Made by a program: the position numbers and the translations under genes. This document shows, one piece after another, positions 27,810-46,895 of a stretch of 64,000 nt of DNA (position 1 is its first letter; each line of letters begins with the position of its first letter). Below the pieces are notes generated by a model. It was not told where the DNA came from and did no database searches. It saw only the letters and a program-made list of their open reading frames with translations. This DNA comes from an uncultured Acidobacteriota bacterium (GTDB taxonomy: Bacteria > Acidobacteriota > Vicinamibacteria > Vicinamibacterales > SCN-69-37). The stretch is from contig CAVVWN010000005.1 of NCBI GenBank assembly GCA_963752045.1, positions 46,607 through 110,606 of the forward strand. The letters run 5' to 3'.

Positions 27810-28124
27810 TCACGTGGCGCGGGCGAGCCGGATCGCATCGCGAATCCGGCGAACTGACGGCCAGCCCATCGGCTGGGGACCCTCGAAGTACACCCGGCAG
27901 CCGTGGAACGAGCGGCTGCCCTCGGCCGGAGGCCCCTCCACGTCCACGCCATCCAGCAGGATCGTCGGCGACCCCCGAAACGCCGGGGCGCTCCTGTGGC
28001 CTGGATACACCTTGATCATCTCGACCTCGGCCACGACGCGCTCGAGCGCCAGGGCTTCGAGCAGGTTGTCGAGGGCGTGGGAGTACGACGGGCACCCGTC
28101 CGTGTACAGGACCTGGACCGTCAT
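27810..28124 (-). CDS. Small thioredoxin-fold-like protein co-transcribed with the MerR regulator
   Basis: MTVQVLYTDGCPSYSHALDNLLEAL...SPTILLDGVDVEG resembles glutaredoxin/DUF2703-like small proteins, though only one Cys of a CxxC is present. Its ATG overlaps the MerR stop (ATGA at 28121-28124). The function call is weak. Confidence 0.45.
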   Translation of the reverse strand: MTVQVLYTDGCPSYSHALDNLLEALALERVVAEVEMIKVYPGHRSAPAFRGSPTILLDGVDVEGPPAEGSRSFHGCRVYFEGPQPMGWPSVRRIRDAIRLARAT

Positions 28125-28621
28125 CGCGAACCGCCGCGGGCCGCCAGTCGGTGTGCCGGCGTGAGCGAGCGGCGCGGGCGCGACGGCCGCCCTTTCCCGG
28201 CCGTCCGCTCGTGGTCCACCGCGGCGCACGTGTCACCTTCGGTCGCCTCAGGCGACGCATCGCAGTCACGCAGGGCCTTTTCGAGCGCCCTGCGGCAGGA
28301 CTGCAGCCGGCCAATCTGTTCGTTCGTCGCGTCGAGCTTCGCCGCGAGCAGAGCGCGCACGCGCCGGCATCGGTCTTTGCCGGTGGAGCCCGCGGAGACG
28401 AGGCTCGCGATTTCGCGGATCGTCAGGCCGAGGTCCTGCGCCCTCCGGATGAACCCGAGCCGCTCGATCGCGCCGGCCTGGTAGACACGGAAGCCGCCCT
28501 CGGTGCGTGCGGGCGGATCGATCAGGCGTTCCCGTTCGTAGAAGCGCAACGTATCCGGCGTGGTTCCGGTCAGGGCGGCGAGCTCGCCGATGCGGTGTAC
28601 CGTCTTGCGTCTACCGGTCAT
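28121..28621 (-). CDS. MerR-family transcriptional regulator
   Basis: From M34 of ORF 28121..28720: HRIGELAALTGTTPDTLRFYERERLIDPPARTEGGFRVY is the MerR HTH. A coiled coil and a Cys-containing tail (RDCDASPEATEGDTCAAV) follow. Confidence 0.8.
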   Translation of the reverse strand: MTGRRKTVHRIGELAALTGTTPDTLRFYERERLIDPPARTEGGFRVYQAGAIERLGFIRRAQDLGLTIREIASLVSAGSTGKDRCRRVRALLAAKLDATNEQIGRLQSCRRALEKALRDCDASPEATEGDTCAAVDHERTAGKGRPSRPRRSLTPAHRLAARGGSR

Positions 28622-28649
28622 TCCAGTCGTCTTCCCTCTGAACCTGCGA

Positions 28650-28681
28650 AGCATCGCTCCTGGTGTGCACTCAAGAGTCAA
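28650..28681 (-). promoter_or_regulatory. Candidate MerR-type promoter: TTGACT - 20-nt spacer with GTGCAC-centred imperfect dyad - GATGCT
   Basis: The minus strand reads TTGACTcttgagtgcacaccaggagcGATGCT, about 28 nt upstream of the MerR ATG. Over-long spacers are characteristic of MerR-regulated promoters. The match is weak and by eye only. Confidence 0.3.
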
Positions 28682-28748
28682 TGCCCTGGACCAGCGTTCA
28701 TGACGGAATGCGTCAAGCACCCGCGGACCGGCTCACCGGCGCGCGGGG

Positions 28749-32729
<3,981 letters not shown>

Positions 32730-32738
32730 GGATCGGGC

Positions 32739-33635
32739 GTGAAGGAGATCCCGCCACCTCCCCACGCCTGGCTCCGGGCGAACGCGCGCCACCACGCTGT
32801 GACCACGGCCGACGACGTGCAGTTGCATGTCGTCGAAGCCGGTTCCGGCCGGCCGATGCTCTTCCTGCACGGCTTTCCGGATTTCTGGTTCGCCTGGCGT
32901 CATCAGATGGAAGCACTCGCCCCTGCCGGCTTTCGTGTCATCGCACCCGACATGCGCGGTTTCAATCTCTCCGGCAAGCCGCCTGGCGTCGCACGTTATC
33001 GTCCGAGCGTACTCGGCGACGATGTCGAGGCCGTCGTCCGGCACTTCTCGCTCGGTGACGTGACCCTCGTTGCGCACGACTGGGGGGCCGTAGTGGCCTG
33101 GCACGTCGCGATGCGGCGTCCTGACTGGCTGCGCCGCCTGGCCATCCTGAACACGCCGCACCCGGTGACGTATCTGCGACGGGTACGGACCCTCGATCAG
33201 TTGCTGCGGAGCTGGTACATCTTCTACTTCCAGCTGCCGTGGATTCCGGAATGGCAGCTGCGTCTCGGGAACGCCGCCACGCTGCGGAACATCCTTCATC
33301 GCGATCCCGAACGGCCGGAGGCGTTCTCGCCGGAGGAGGTTGAGTATGACGTCGAAGCACAACTGCAGCCGGGGGCGCTCACCGGTGCGCTCAACTGTTA
33401 CCGCGCCGCGTTTCGCACCGGCGTTGCCAACTTTCGCGGCACGCCCGTTCGCGTGGACGTCCCCACGCTCGTCCTCTGGGGCGATGCCGACAGATATCTC
33501 GGTCCTGAACTGGCCGATCCGCCTCCGGATCTGGTTCCGACGGTCACAGTCCGGCACTTTCCCGGCGCGAGCCATTGGCTGATGGTCGATCGGGCCGACG
33601 AGGTCAATCGGGCGCTCGCCGCGCACGCCGACTGA
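32739..33635 (+). CDS. Alpha/beta hydrolase, epoxide-hydrolase-like
   Basis: GTG start. Motifs are MLFLHGFPDFWFAWRHQ (HGFP oxyanion motif), LVAHDWGAVVAW (nucleophile Asp) and the C-terminal GASHWLM. Confidence 0.8.
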   Translation: MKEIPPPPHAWLRANARHHAVTTADDVQLHVVEAGSGRPMLFLHGFPDFWFAWRHQMEALAPAGFRVIAPDMRGFNLSGKPPGVARYRPSVLGDDVEAVVRHFSLGDVTLVAHDWGAVVAWHVAMRRPDWLRRLAILNTPHPVTYLRRVRTLDQLLRSWYIFYFQLPWIPEWQLRLGNAATLRNILHRDPERPEAFSPEEVEYDVEAQLQPGALTGALNCYRAAFRTGVANFRGTPVRVDVPTLVLWGDADRYLGPELADPPPDLVPTVTVRHFPGASHWLMVDRADEVNRALAAHAD

Positions 33636-33674
33636 GCCGGTAGCCTCGCGGTGGCGCGAGTCGCCGCGCGCGGT

Positions 33675-34847
33675 TCACGCTGGTGGCAGTCTCCGCCGTT
33701 CGGCCCGGCCCGACTCGTCTACGTGGACGAACGGCCGCCCGTCGCGCGACGGATCTCCGAACGCGCCCGAGTTGAAGTACCCGTCGACCTCGGCTTCCTC
33801 GTGCGTGTGGCCGAAACACACCACATCGGCCCCCGTCACGTTCCGCACGACGGCGGCGCCCGCGCCAAGCGCCTCGGCCATGCGGTTGCCGTAGCGGTTC
33901 CTGCCGCCGCGGGCCGAGAGCGCCAGGTAGCCAACGGCCGGCAAGGCAAGAGAGACCCCGACGAGCGGATTCGCCAGGGCGCCGATGAGCGCGCCGCCGC
34001 CGGCCGCCGCTGCGGCCGTGATGCGGTCGAAATAGAGCCGCATGAACGTCCGGCCGAACCGCGTGTGTGTCGGAATCGGTCTTTCGTCGAGCAGCGTGTC
34101 GAGCAGGGCACGCGCCACGCCCGTGCTGTCCGCCTGCAGGGCCACTGCGGCCTCGCCCTGTTCCCGTTCCGGACCCAGCCGCGATCGCTGTGCGGTTTCG
34201 GCATTGATGCCGGCGAGCACCAGGAGGTACTCGCCCACGAATCCCGGTGCGCGAAACCCGAGCCTGCCGAGTGCGTCGCGCAGGTTCTCGAGCGGCGTGG
34301 CTTCCTCCCGGTCGAGCATGCCGACGTCCGGGTGCCGCGCGAGAAACCGGCGGACGATGGCCACGCCGACCGGCTCGGAGCGGTAGCCCGGCGGCGCGAG
34401 CGGGTGGGCGGGCGCGTTGTCGGGTCGGTGCACGTGTCCGTGCTCGATGTGCACGCCATCACGCCGGATGAACCACGGCTCCACGGCGAGTGGCGCATCG
34501 GCCTGACAGTCGAGCCGTGCGTTGAGCGCGTCGCGCACGCCGCGACGCTGCACGTCGGCATCGTGGTTGCCGGCTACGAGCGTCACCCGATCGCCCCGGC
34601 TCACGTGGGCGGCAAGAGCCCGACGGAGGCTGACGTGCGGATCGATCGTGGACGCCACGGAGTCCGCCGGGTCGACGTCGCGACAATCCCAGGACAGGTT
34701 GAACGTGTCGCCGTTCAGGACGACCTCGTGTCCCGGATGTCGCGCGATCAGACGCGCCAGATCGCTGGCGATCTCACCGGACGGGCGATGGCCGAGGTGC
34801 ACGTCGCTCAGGATGACAAGCGGCCTCTCCACGGGCGCTACTTTCAC
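33675..34847 (-). CDS. Calcineurin-like metallophosphoesterase (LpxH-like N-terminus) with extended C-terminal region
   Basis: LVILSDVHLGH, VLNGDTFN, LVAGNHD, and later CFGHTHE. An intact 390-aa ORF. Confidence 0.7.
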   Translation of the reverse strand: MKVAPVERPLVILSDVHLGHRPSGEIASDLARLIARHPGHEVVLNGDTFNLSWDCRDVDPADSVASTIDPHVSLRRALAAHVSRGDRVTLVAGNHDADVQRRGVRDALNARLDCQADAPLAVEPWFIRRDGVHIEHGHVHRPDNAPAHPLAPPGYRSEPVGVAIVRRFLARHPDVGMLDREEATPLENLRDALGRLGFRAPGFVGEYLLVLAGINAETAQRSRLGPEREQGEAAVALQADSTGVARALLDTLLDERPIPTHTRFGRTFMRLYFDRITAAAAAGGGALIGALANPLVGVSLALPAVGYLALSARGGRNRYGNRMAEALGAGAAVVRNVTGADVVCFGHTHEEAEVDGYFNSGAFGDPSRDGRPFVHVDESGRAERRRLPPA

Positions 34848-34973
34848 AGACCCGGCCGGTCGCGCGCAATGGCGATGTCCGCGTGCCGGCGCCCTCGCGT
34901 GGCCCGTGTCCGGATCCGGCTCTGGATTCCGTAGATCAAGGCAAGCACCACCGAATCAGCGGACAGGAGTGTC

Positions 34974-40327
<5,354 letters not shown>

Positions 40328-40467
40328 CGAGCCTCGCACTCGACTTCCCGTCCTGGCCCCTTCGACTCCACGAGAGTCGGATCCGCCGATCGGCGCGCGT
40401 GATGAATGGCCTCCTGCGACACATACAGGCCATACAATGGACGCTTCATTCGAGGAGGGTCCGCGGG

Positions 40468-41064
40468 GTGTCGACCGGTTCGGTCACAGAGATGCTCCTG
40501 GCCTGCCGACAGGGCACGCCCGGCGCATTCGATCGGCTTCTGGAACTGGTCTATCCGGAGCTGCGGCGCGTGGCCCGCGCGCAGCTCAGGCATGGTCGCC
40601 CCGACGCGCCGGTGCTCGACACGACGGCGCTCGTGCACGAGGCCTACCTGAAGCTCTGCGACCAGACACGGGTCGAAGCGCGCGACCGTGGTCACTTCAT
40701 GGCCATCGCGGCGAGAGCGATGCGACAGATCATCGTCGACCACGCGCGGGCGCGGAGCGCCAGCAAGCGTGGTGCGGGCGCGGTGCACGTGCCCCTGGGC
40801 GAGCACGACGTGGCCATCGACGCTCAGGCTGATCGCGTGCTCGCGATCGGGGACGCCCTCGAGCGTCTCGGTCAGGAAGACGCGCGCCTGCTGCAGATCG
40901 TCGAGTGCCGTTTCTTCGCGGGCTACGGAGAAGAGGAAACCGCGACGGCCCTCGGCGTGTCCTCGCGGACCGTGAGGCGTGACTGGCTTCGGGCCAAGGC
41001 CTGGCTTCGCTCGGCGCTCGACGGTCACGCCGCGCCCGGGTCGGCGCACGACGGAGCGGATTGA
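40468..41064 (+). CDS. ECF-type sigma-70 factor (PF07638/TIGR02999-like, kinase-associated type), pair 1
   Basis: GGAGG at 40454-40458 precedes GTG 40468. Motifs are VTEMLLACRQGTPGAFDRLLELVYPELRRVARAQL, ALVHEAYLKL and the region 4 HTH EETATALGVSSRTVRRDWLRAKAWL. It ends 3 nt before the kinase ATG. Confidence 0.8.
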   Translation: MSTGSVTEMLLACRQGTPGAFDRLLELVYPELRRVARAQLRHGRPDAPVLDTTALVHEAYLKLCDQTRVEARDRGHFMAIAARAMRQIIVDHARARSASKRGAGAVHVPLGEHDVAIDAQADRVLAIGDALERLGQEDARLLQIVECRFFAGYGEEETATALGVSSRTVRRDWLRAKAWLRSALDGHAAPGSAHDGAD

Positions 41065-41067
41065 CCG

Positions 41068-43782
41068 ATGCCGGGCCGTGTCGACCTCGACGTCGTGCTC
41101 CTTGACGCGGTCGAACGTCCGAAGGCCGAGCGCGCGGCCTTTGTTGCCACGCACTGCGGGGATGATCGCGAAGCCCTGGCCGAGCTCTCGCGCCTCCTCC
41201 GGGAGCTCGACGACGACGATCCCTTCGTTCGGCCCGGAGGCGCGTTCGAGGGCGCGTTCGGTGACGACCTGGCGGTCGCCCTTGCGCGAGCGGAAGGGCT
41301 CTCACTCGGCGAGCGCCTCGGGCCCTACCAGATCGTCGAAGAGATCGGGCGAGGCGGCATGGCCGTCGTCTACCTGGCCGAGCGTGCCGACGGGGACTTT
41401 GGCCGCCAGGTCGCCATCAAGGTCGTCAAGCGGGGCATCGACACCGATGAAGTGCTGACGCGCTTTCGCCAGGAGCGCCAGATTCTGGCCTCGCTCGCGC
41501 ACCCCGGCATCGCGACGCTCCTCGACGGCGGCGAGACGCCGGACGGACGGCCGTACCTGGCGATGGAGTGGGTGCCGGGTGAGCCGATCGACCGGTACGC
41601 GGATCGGCTCGGCCTCGACGTTGATGCGCGCGTCGATCTGCTGGCAGCGGTGGCTTCGGCCGTACAGCACGCGCACCGGCGTCTGGTCGTCCATCGTGAC
41701 CTCAAACCGTCCAATATCCTGGTGACCGACGAAGGCAGTGTGAAGCTGCTCGACTTCGGCATCGCGAAGCTGCTCGATCCGGAGGTCGAGTACGCCGCGC
41801 CGCCCACGGCGACCGCGTGGCGCGTGATGACACCCGACTACGCCAGTCCGGAGCAGGTGCGTCGCGAGCCGATCACGACCGCCTCCGACGTCTATCAGCT
41901 CGGGCTGGTGCTGTTCGAGTTGCTGACCGGCGCGCGCGCGCAGTCGCTCGATGGGTTGTCGCCGGCTGATGTCGAACACGTGGTGTGCGTGCAGCAGCCG
42001 CCGCGGGCGAGCGTGGCCGCCGGCCGGGAGGGCAAGTCGCGCCACTGGGTGCGACAGCTCGAAGGCGATCTCGACAAGATCGTACTGACGGCTCTACAGA
42101 AGGAACCCGAGCGGCGGTATGGGTCGGTCGATGCGCTGATCGACGACCTGCAGCGCTATCGCCGAGGGCTGCCCGTCGGGGCCCGTGGTGACTCGTTTGG
42201 CTACCTGGCGGGGAAGTTCCTGAAGCGTCATCGAACGGCGATGGCTACCGGCGCCGCCGTCGTCATTGCCGTGGCGGCCATCGTCGGCTACTACAGCGCG
42301 CGGCTGGCCTCCGAGCGCGACCGCGCGCGTACCGAAGCGGCGACAGCGACGCGCGTCGCCGACTTCGTGTCGGGCCTGTTCCGCGACGCGGACCCGAACG
42401 TCACGCCCGATCCGGACGTTACGGCTCGAGAGCTCCTCAAACGCGGTGCCGAACGCGTCGACGACGAGCTGGCGGCCGAACCCGAAGTGCAGGCCCGCTT
42501 GATGACCACCATCGGGCAGAGCTATCGGTCGATCGGGCTTCTGCCCGACGCGATCGACCTCCACGAGCGCGCGCTCGCCACTCGGCGTGAGCATCTCGGG
42601 CCGAATCATCCCGATGTGGCCGAAAGCCTGACGAATCTGGCCGGCGCGCTCTACTTCGCGGGCCGGTACGCCGATGCACGGCAGCACTTCGAAGAGGCCC
42701 TCCGCATTCAGGACTCGATACCGGACGCGCGGCCGGAGATGCTCTCGGACACGTTGAACGGTCTCGGTCTGGCCCTGCGACGGGAAGGCCGGCTGGATTT
42801 GGCCGCCGAGGCCCTCGAGCGCGCCCTGGTTCTGCGGGAACAGGCTCTCGGGGCCGACCATCCGCGGAACGCAACGATCCTCAATAACCTCGGCCTCGTC
42901 TACCTGTCGTCCAGCCGCCCCGAGCGGGCCGGCGAGCTGTTCTCGCGGGCGGCCGAGCTGCATGCCAGGGGCTTCGGACCCGACAGTCCGCTGGTGGCCG
43001 GCAGCCTGATGAATGCGGGCGACGCGCTCAGCCGGGTCGGTCGCTATGAGGAAGCGCTCGACAAGATCCGGCAGGCCGCGGCCATACAAGAACGGTCGCT
43101 TGGACCTCAGCACCGCGACACCGCGACGACGTTCAATACGATGGCCTCCGTCCTCTGGGACATGGACCGCTACGACGAGTCGATCGCGCTCTACGAGCGG
43201 GCCGAAGAGGCCTACCGGGTATCGCTCGGGCCGGACCATCCCTATGTGGCCTATCCGGTGCAGAACATCGGCGGCATCCATGAGGAGACCGGCGACTACA
43301 CGCGCGCGCTGGCGCAGTACGAGCGCGCGCTGGCCATTCGCACCGCGGCCTTTGGCGCGGTGCATCGCGACGTCGCGCAGACGCTCGAGAAGATCGGCAC
43401 CCTGCGCGTCCTGATGGCTGACTGCGCATCGGCCGTGCCGGTGCTCGAGCGAGCGATCGCGATGACGCAGGAGACCACCAAGCCGCTGGCGACCGGCTGG
43501 ATCGCCACCTCGAAGTCTGGCCTTGGTGCCTGCGCTGCAGAGGGCGGGCGGTTCGAGGAGGCCGAGGGGCTGCTGCTCGACGCGCACGGCATCCAACTCG
43601 AGCTTGATGCCGACGATCCGGATACCCGCCTGACTGCCACGCGTCTCGCCGGGCTCTACGAGAGATGGGGCAAACCGGCCGAGGCCGCCAAGTACAGAGA
43701 ACCCAGAGTTACGTCGGCCCCGGGGGCGCGGTCTGAACCAGGCCTTCGTCCTGCGGGTGCTCGAGAAGGCCTGCGTCGCTGA
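41068..43782 (+). CDS. Ser/Thr protein kinase - TM - TPR sensor protein, pair 1
   Basis: Kinase motifs are GRGGMAVVY, VAIKVV, HRDLKPSNILV, DFGIAK and TPDYASPEQ. One TM is AMATGAAVVIAVAAIVGYY. It is followed by about 10 TPR-like units of the LGPxHPxVA type. Confidence 0.9.
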   Translation: MPGRVDLDVVLLDAVERPKAERAAFVATHCGDDREALAELSRLLRELDDDDPFVRPGGAFEGAFGDDLAVALARAEGLSLGERLGPYQIVEEIGRGGMAVVYLAERADGDFGRQVAIKVVKRGIDTDEVLTRFRQERQILASLAHPGIATLLDGGETPDGRPYLAMEWVPGEPIDRYADRLGLDVDARVDLLAAVASAVQHAHRRLVVHRDLKPSNILVTDEGSVKLLDFGIAKLLDPEVEYAAPPTATAWRVMTPDYASPEQVRREPITTASDVYQLGLVLFELLTGARAQSLDGLSPADVEHVVCVQQPPRASVAAGREGKSRHWVRQLEGDLDKIVLTALQKEPERRYGSVDALIDDLQRYRRGLPVGARGDSFGYLAGKFLKRHRTAMATGAAVVIAVAAIVGYYSARLASERDRARTEAATATRVADFVSGLFRDADPNVTPDPDVTARELLKRGAERVDDELAAEPEVQARLMTTIGQSYRSIGLLPDAIDLHERALATRREHLGPNHPDVAESLTNLAGALYFAGRYADARQHFEEALRIQDSIPDARPEMLSDTLNGLGLALRREGRLDLAAEALERALVLREQALGADHPRNATILNNLGLVYLSSSRPERAGELFSRAAELHARGFGPDSPLVAGSLMNAGDALSRVGRYEEALDKIRQAAAIQERSLGPQHRDTATTFNTMASVLWDMDRYDESIALYERAEEAYRVSLGPDHPYVAYPVQNIGGIHEETGDYTRALAQYERALAIRTAAFGAVHRDVAQTLEKIGTLRVLMADCASAVPVLERAIAMTQETTKPLATGWIATSKSGLGACAAEGGRFEEAEGLLLDAHGIQLELDADDPDTRLTATRLAGLYERWGKPAEAAKYREPRVTSAPGARSEPGLRPAGAREGLRR

Positions 43783-43852
43783 TGGGCGCGTCCAGGGGCG
43801 CCGCGCGCCTGGCGGCCGACGCCGCGGTCGCGCTTCTTACCGGATGCTTCAG

Positions 43853-46486
43853 CTAGTCCTGCCGAAGCGCCGTGAGCGGATCGACGTGCGAGGCTCGCCA
43901 GGCGGGGCCGAGCGCAGCCGCCACCACAACAACGACCAGCAGCAGGCCGGCGGTGGCAAACGCCGCTCCGTCGGTCGCCGACGTCTGAAACAGCAGGCTC
44001 CCAATCGCGCGGCCGCTCGCGGCCGCCACGGCCGCGCCGAGCACGATACCGACGGCGGCGACCCGCAGCGCGTCGGCGACGACCATTCGCGCGATGTCGG
44101 CCGGGCGCGCGCCGAGCGCCATGCGCACGCCGTGCGCGGGCGTTTCACGCGCCGCCTTGTGCGACAGGACGCCGTACAGCCCGACGAGCGCGAAGACAGC
44201 CGCCGCCGCGGCGAGCGCGACGAGCAGCGTCGTGAGCGTTCGGCGCTGAGCCCGCGCATCCCGCACCGACAGCGACATCGGCTCGATGCGTGGCAGCGGC
44301 AGGCTCGGTTCGAGCTCCCAGATGGCGCGCCTGACGTCGGGCACGACGGCCGCCTCGTCCAGGCTGCTCCGGACGAAGATCGTCAGGGCAAAGACCTGCG
44401 GGAACTGCGGGTAGTGCCAGTAGATGGTCGGGGCGACCGGCGCCTCCGGATCCTGCCCGACGACGTCGCCGACCACGCCGACCACTTCGGCTGTGAGCGG
44501 CGGCCCCCAGTTGAGCATCGTGATGGACCGGCCGACGACCCGGTCGTCCGGAAAGTACCGGCGCGCGAGCGTCTCGCTCACGACCATCACCGGGCGCGAC
44601 GCCGCGCGATCGTCCGGCGTGAAGGTGCGGCCCGCGCGCAGGGGAATGCCGAGGGTGTCGAACAGTCCGGCATCCACGATACGGATGTCGGCGAGCGGCT
44701 CCCGGCCTTCCTCGGCGGGCTCGCCGACGACGACGAAGCTCGTGGCCGCGCCTCCGGCAAGCGGCGCCGTCGTCGACAGGCCCGTTGACTGGACGCCGGG
44801 GATGGCTTCGAGCCGGCGGAGCAGCGGATCGAGCACCGCGACGTAGGCGTCGCCGTTCGACGGATCGGACACGCGGCTCGAGGGGAGCGACAGGTCGACA
44901 CGGACGAGGCCGTCGGTCGAGAAGCCCAGCGGGACGGAGGTGGCCTGGACGGCGCTCCGCACGACGAGCGTCGCGACGACGAGCAGCGCGAACGTCAGCG
45001 CGAGCTGCCCGGCCGCGAGCAGACGGCCGGGAGCGCTGGAGGCCTTCGGCTGGCGGGACCCGCCGACCACGCGCCAGCCGTGGAGCCGGTCCAGACCGGC
45101 CGTTCGGATGACCGGCCAGAGTCCGAAGCCGACGCCGCTGACGAGTGCCACGCCGAGCCCGAGTGCCGCGACCCGCCAGTCAAAGGCGATGTCGGCGGCG
45201 CGGGGCATGTCGGGCGGCAGCCACGCCGGCAGACTCCCGACGACGATCCACGACGCGAGCAGGCCGAGGACGCCGGCGACGAGCGCCAGCGCAATCGACT
45301 CGGTCAGCAGGAGCCGGGCCAGGCGTCCTCGGCTCGCGCCGAGTGCCGCGCGCACGGCGAACTCGCGCTCGCGGCCCGTGGCCCGCGAGAGTTGCACCTG
45401 CGCCACGTTCGTCGCCAGCACGACGAGGAGCAGGACGGCGGCGACGAGCGACATCCAGAGCGCGGCACGCACAGGGGCCACGACGCGGTCGAGCAATGAC
45501 TCGGTACGAAGGTCGAGGTCGGGGTCCGCGTCAGGCTGTGCAGTGTTGATGGCGGACGCGATCGTCCCGAGCTCGGCCGTCGTGGATTCGTGCGTTGCAT
45601 CCGGCGTGAGGCGGCCGATGACCTCGAGCAGATGCGCGCGGCGGTTGGCGTCGAGACCGCTGTCACCCGCGGTGAGCGGCGTCCAGACTTCGGTGCCGAG
45701 CGGGAACGCCGCGCCCTCGGGCAGCACGCCCACGACCTGCAACGGCTGGCCGTTGAGCTGAATCGTGCGCCCGACCACGGCCGGGTCGCCTCCGAACCGC
45801 CGGTGCCAGAGGCCGCTCGCGATCACGACGACGTTGTCGCGGCCGGCATGGTCGTCGTCGGGCGTGAGGAGCCGGCCGGTTTCGGGCGCGACGCCGAGGG
45901 CAGAGAAGAACGCGCCCGACACGAGCGCGCCACGCAGGCGCTCGGGCACGCCCTCACCCGTCAGGTTGGCGAACCAGAAGCGCGACGCGGCGACGTCGGA
46001 GAGGGACTGGAGCCGCGCGTCGAGATCGAGAAACGTGGCGTACGTGACGTTCGACAGCCGCGGCGCGTCGGGATGCACCTCGCCGACGCGAACGAGCCTC
46101 GCCGCGTCCGGCACGGGCATGGGCCTGAGCAGGACCGCGTCGACAACGGCGAACGTCGTCGTCACGCCGGCGATCCCGGCGCACATCGTGGCGACGAGCA
46201 CGGCGAAGAGCGCGGGCGACCTGCGCCAGCCGCGCGCGGCCTGACGCAGGTCGTCGCGGGTGGCGGCCCATTGCTCGCGGCGAGCGAAGGCGAGCAGGCC
46301 GCCGATCGACTCGGTCCACAGCCGGCTCGTCGCGGCGGCTCCCGCCGGGGCGCGTTCGTCGTGCTCGAGCATGAAGACGTCCTCCATCTCGCGCCCGTAG
46401 TCGCGCCGGGTCTCGAAGGGGAGCAGGGCGAGCAGACGCCGGAACCAGCGTCGAGCGGATGACTCGCGTCGGAAGGTCATCGGCAC
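43853..46486 (-). CDS. ADOP-type duplicated MacB-like ABC permease (intact), pair 2
   Basis: 877-aa ORF with the same architecture as 9492..12174: N-terminal tail RRLLALLPFETRRDYGREMEDVF, two MacB/FtsX halves. An alternative ATG lies at 46480-46478. Confidence 0.85.
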   Translation of the reverse strand: MPMTFRRESSARRWFRRLLALLPFETRRDYGREMEDVFMLEHDERAPAGAAATSRLWTESIGGLLAFARREQWAATRDDLRQAARGWRRSPALFAVLVATMCAGIAGVTTTFAVVDAVLLRPMPVPDAARLVRVGEVHPDAPRLSNVTYATFLDLDARLQSLSDVAASRFWFANLTGEGVPERLRGALVSGAFFSALGVAPETGRLLTPDDDHAGRDNVVVIASGLWHRRFGGDPAVVGRTIQLNGQPLQVVGVLPEGAAFPLGTEVWTPLTAGDSGLDANRRAHLLEVIGRLTPDATHESTTAELGTIASAINTAQPDADPDLDLRTESLLDRVVAPVRAALWMSLVAAVLLLVVLATNVAQVQLSRATGREREFAVRAALGASRGRLARLLLTESIALALVAGVLGLLASWIVVGSLPAWLPPDMPRAADIAFDWRVAALGLGVALVSGVGFGLWPVIRTAGLDRLHGWRVVGGSRQPKASSAPGRLLAAGQLALTFALLVVATLVVRSAVQATSVPLGFSTDGLVRVDLSLPSSRVSDPSNGDAYVAVLDPLLRRLEAIPGVQSTGLSTTAPLAGGAATSFVVVGEPAEEGREPLADIRIVDAGLFDTLGIPLRAGRTFTPDDRAASRPVMVVSETLARRYFPDDRVVGRSITMLNWGPPLTAEVVGVVGDVVGQDPEAPVAPTIYWHYPQFPQVFALTIFVRSSLDEAAVVPDVRRAIWELEPSLPLPRIEPMSLSVRDARAQRRTLTTLLVALAAAAAVFALVGLYGVLSHKAARETPAHGVRMALGARPADIARMVVADALRVAAVGIVLGAAVAAASGRAIGSLLFQTSATDGAAFATAGLLLVVVVVAAALGPAWRASHVDPLTALRQD

Positions 46487-46487
46487 C

Positions 46488-46895
46488 TCACGCGCGGCCA
46501 GGCTTCGGCAGCAGATTCGCCGATCGGGCCATGGCGACGGCGCCCTCCATCCGGCGGGCTTCCGCCCGCGCCACGGCGGCGCCGTCCTTCGTGATGCGGT
46601 AGTAGCGCCGGCGCTCGTCGTCGAGCGCCGGGTCGGGCCGTTCGTCCGACTCGGCGATGAGGTCGTCCTGCTCGAGCCGCTTGAGCACGGCGTAGAGCGT
46701 GCCGACGTTGAGGTTCACGGCGCCGCCGCTCCTGCGCGTGACGTCCTTGAGAATCGCGTAGCCGTGCTTTTCGCCGGCCGCGAGCGCGACGAGCACGTGG
46801 AACACGGCCGGTGTCAGCGGAAGGTACGACTCAGGCTGTCGTACTGGCATAGGAGCACTATATCTGCAACAGGAGTAGTCGGCAAGTGGGCGCAT
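46488..46895 (-). CDS. PadR-family transcriptional regulator, pair 2
   Basis: LTPAVFHVLVALAAGEKHGYAILKDV...GTLYAVLKRLEQDDLI. The alternative start is MPVRQPE at 46850-46848. The stop lies 1 nt before the ADOP start. Confidence 0.8.
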   Translation of the reverse strand: MRPLADYSCCRYSAPMPVRQPESYLPLTPAVFHVLVALAAGEKHGYAILKDVTRRSGGAVNLNVGTLYAVLKRLEQDDLIAESDERPDPALDDERRRYYRITKDGAAVARAEARRMEGAVAMARSANLLPKPGRA

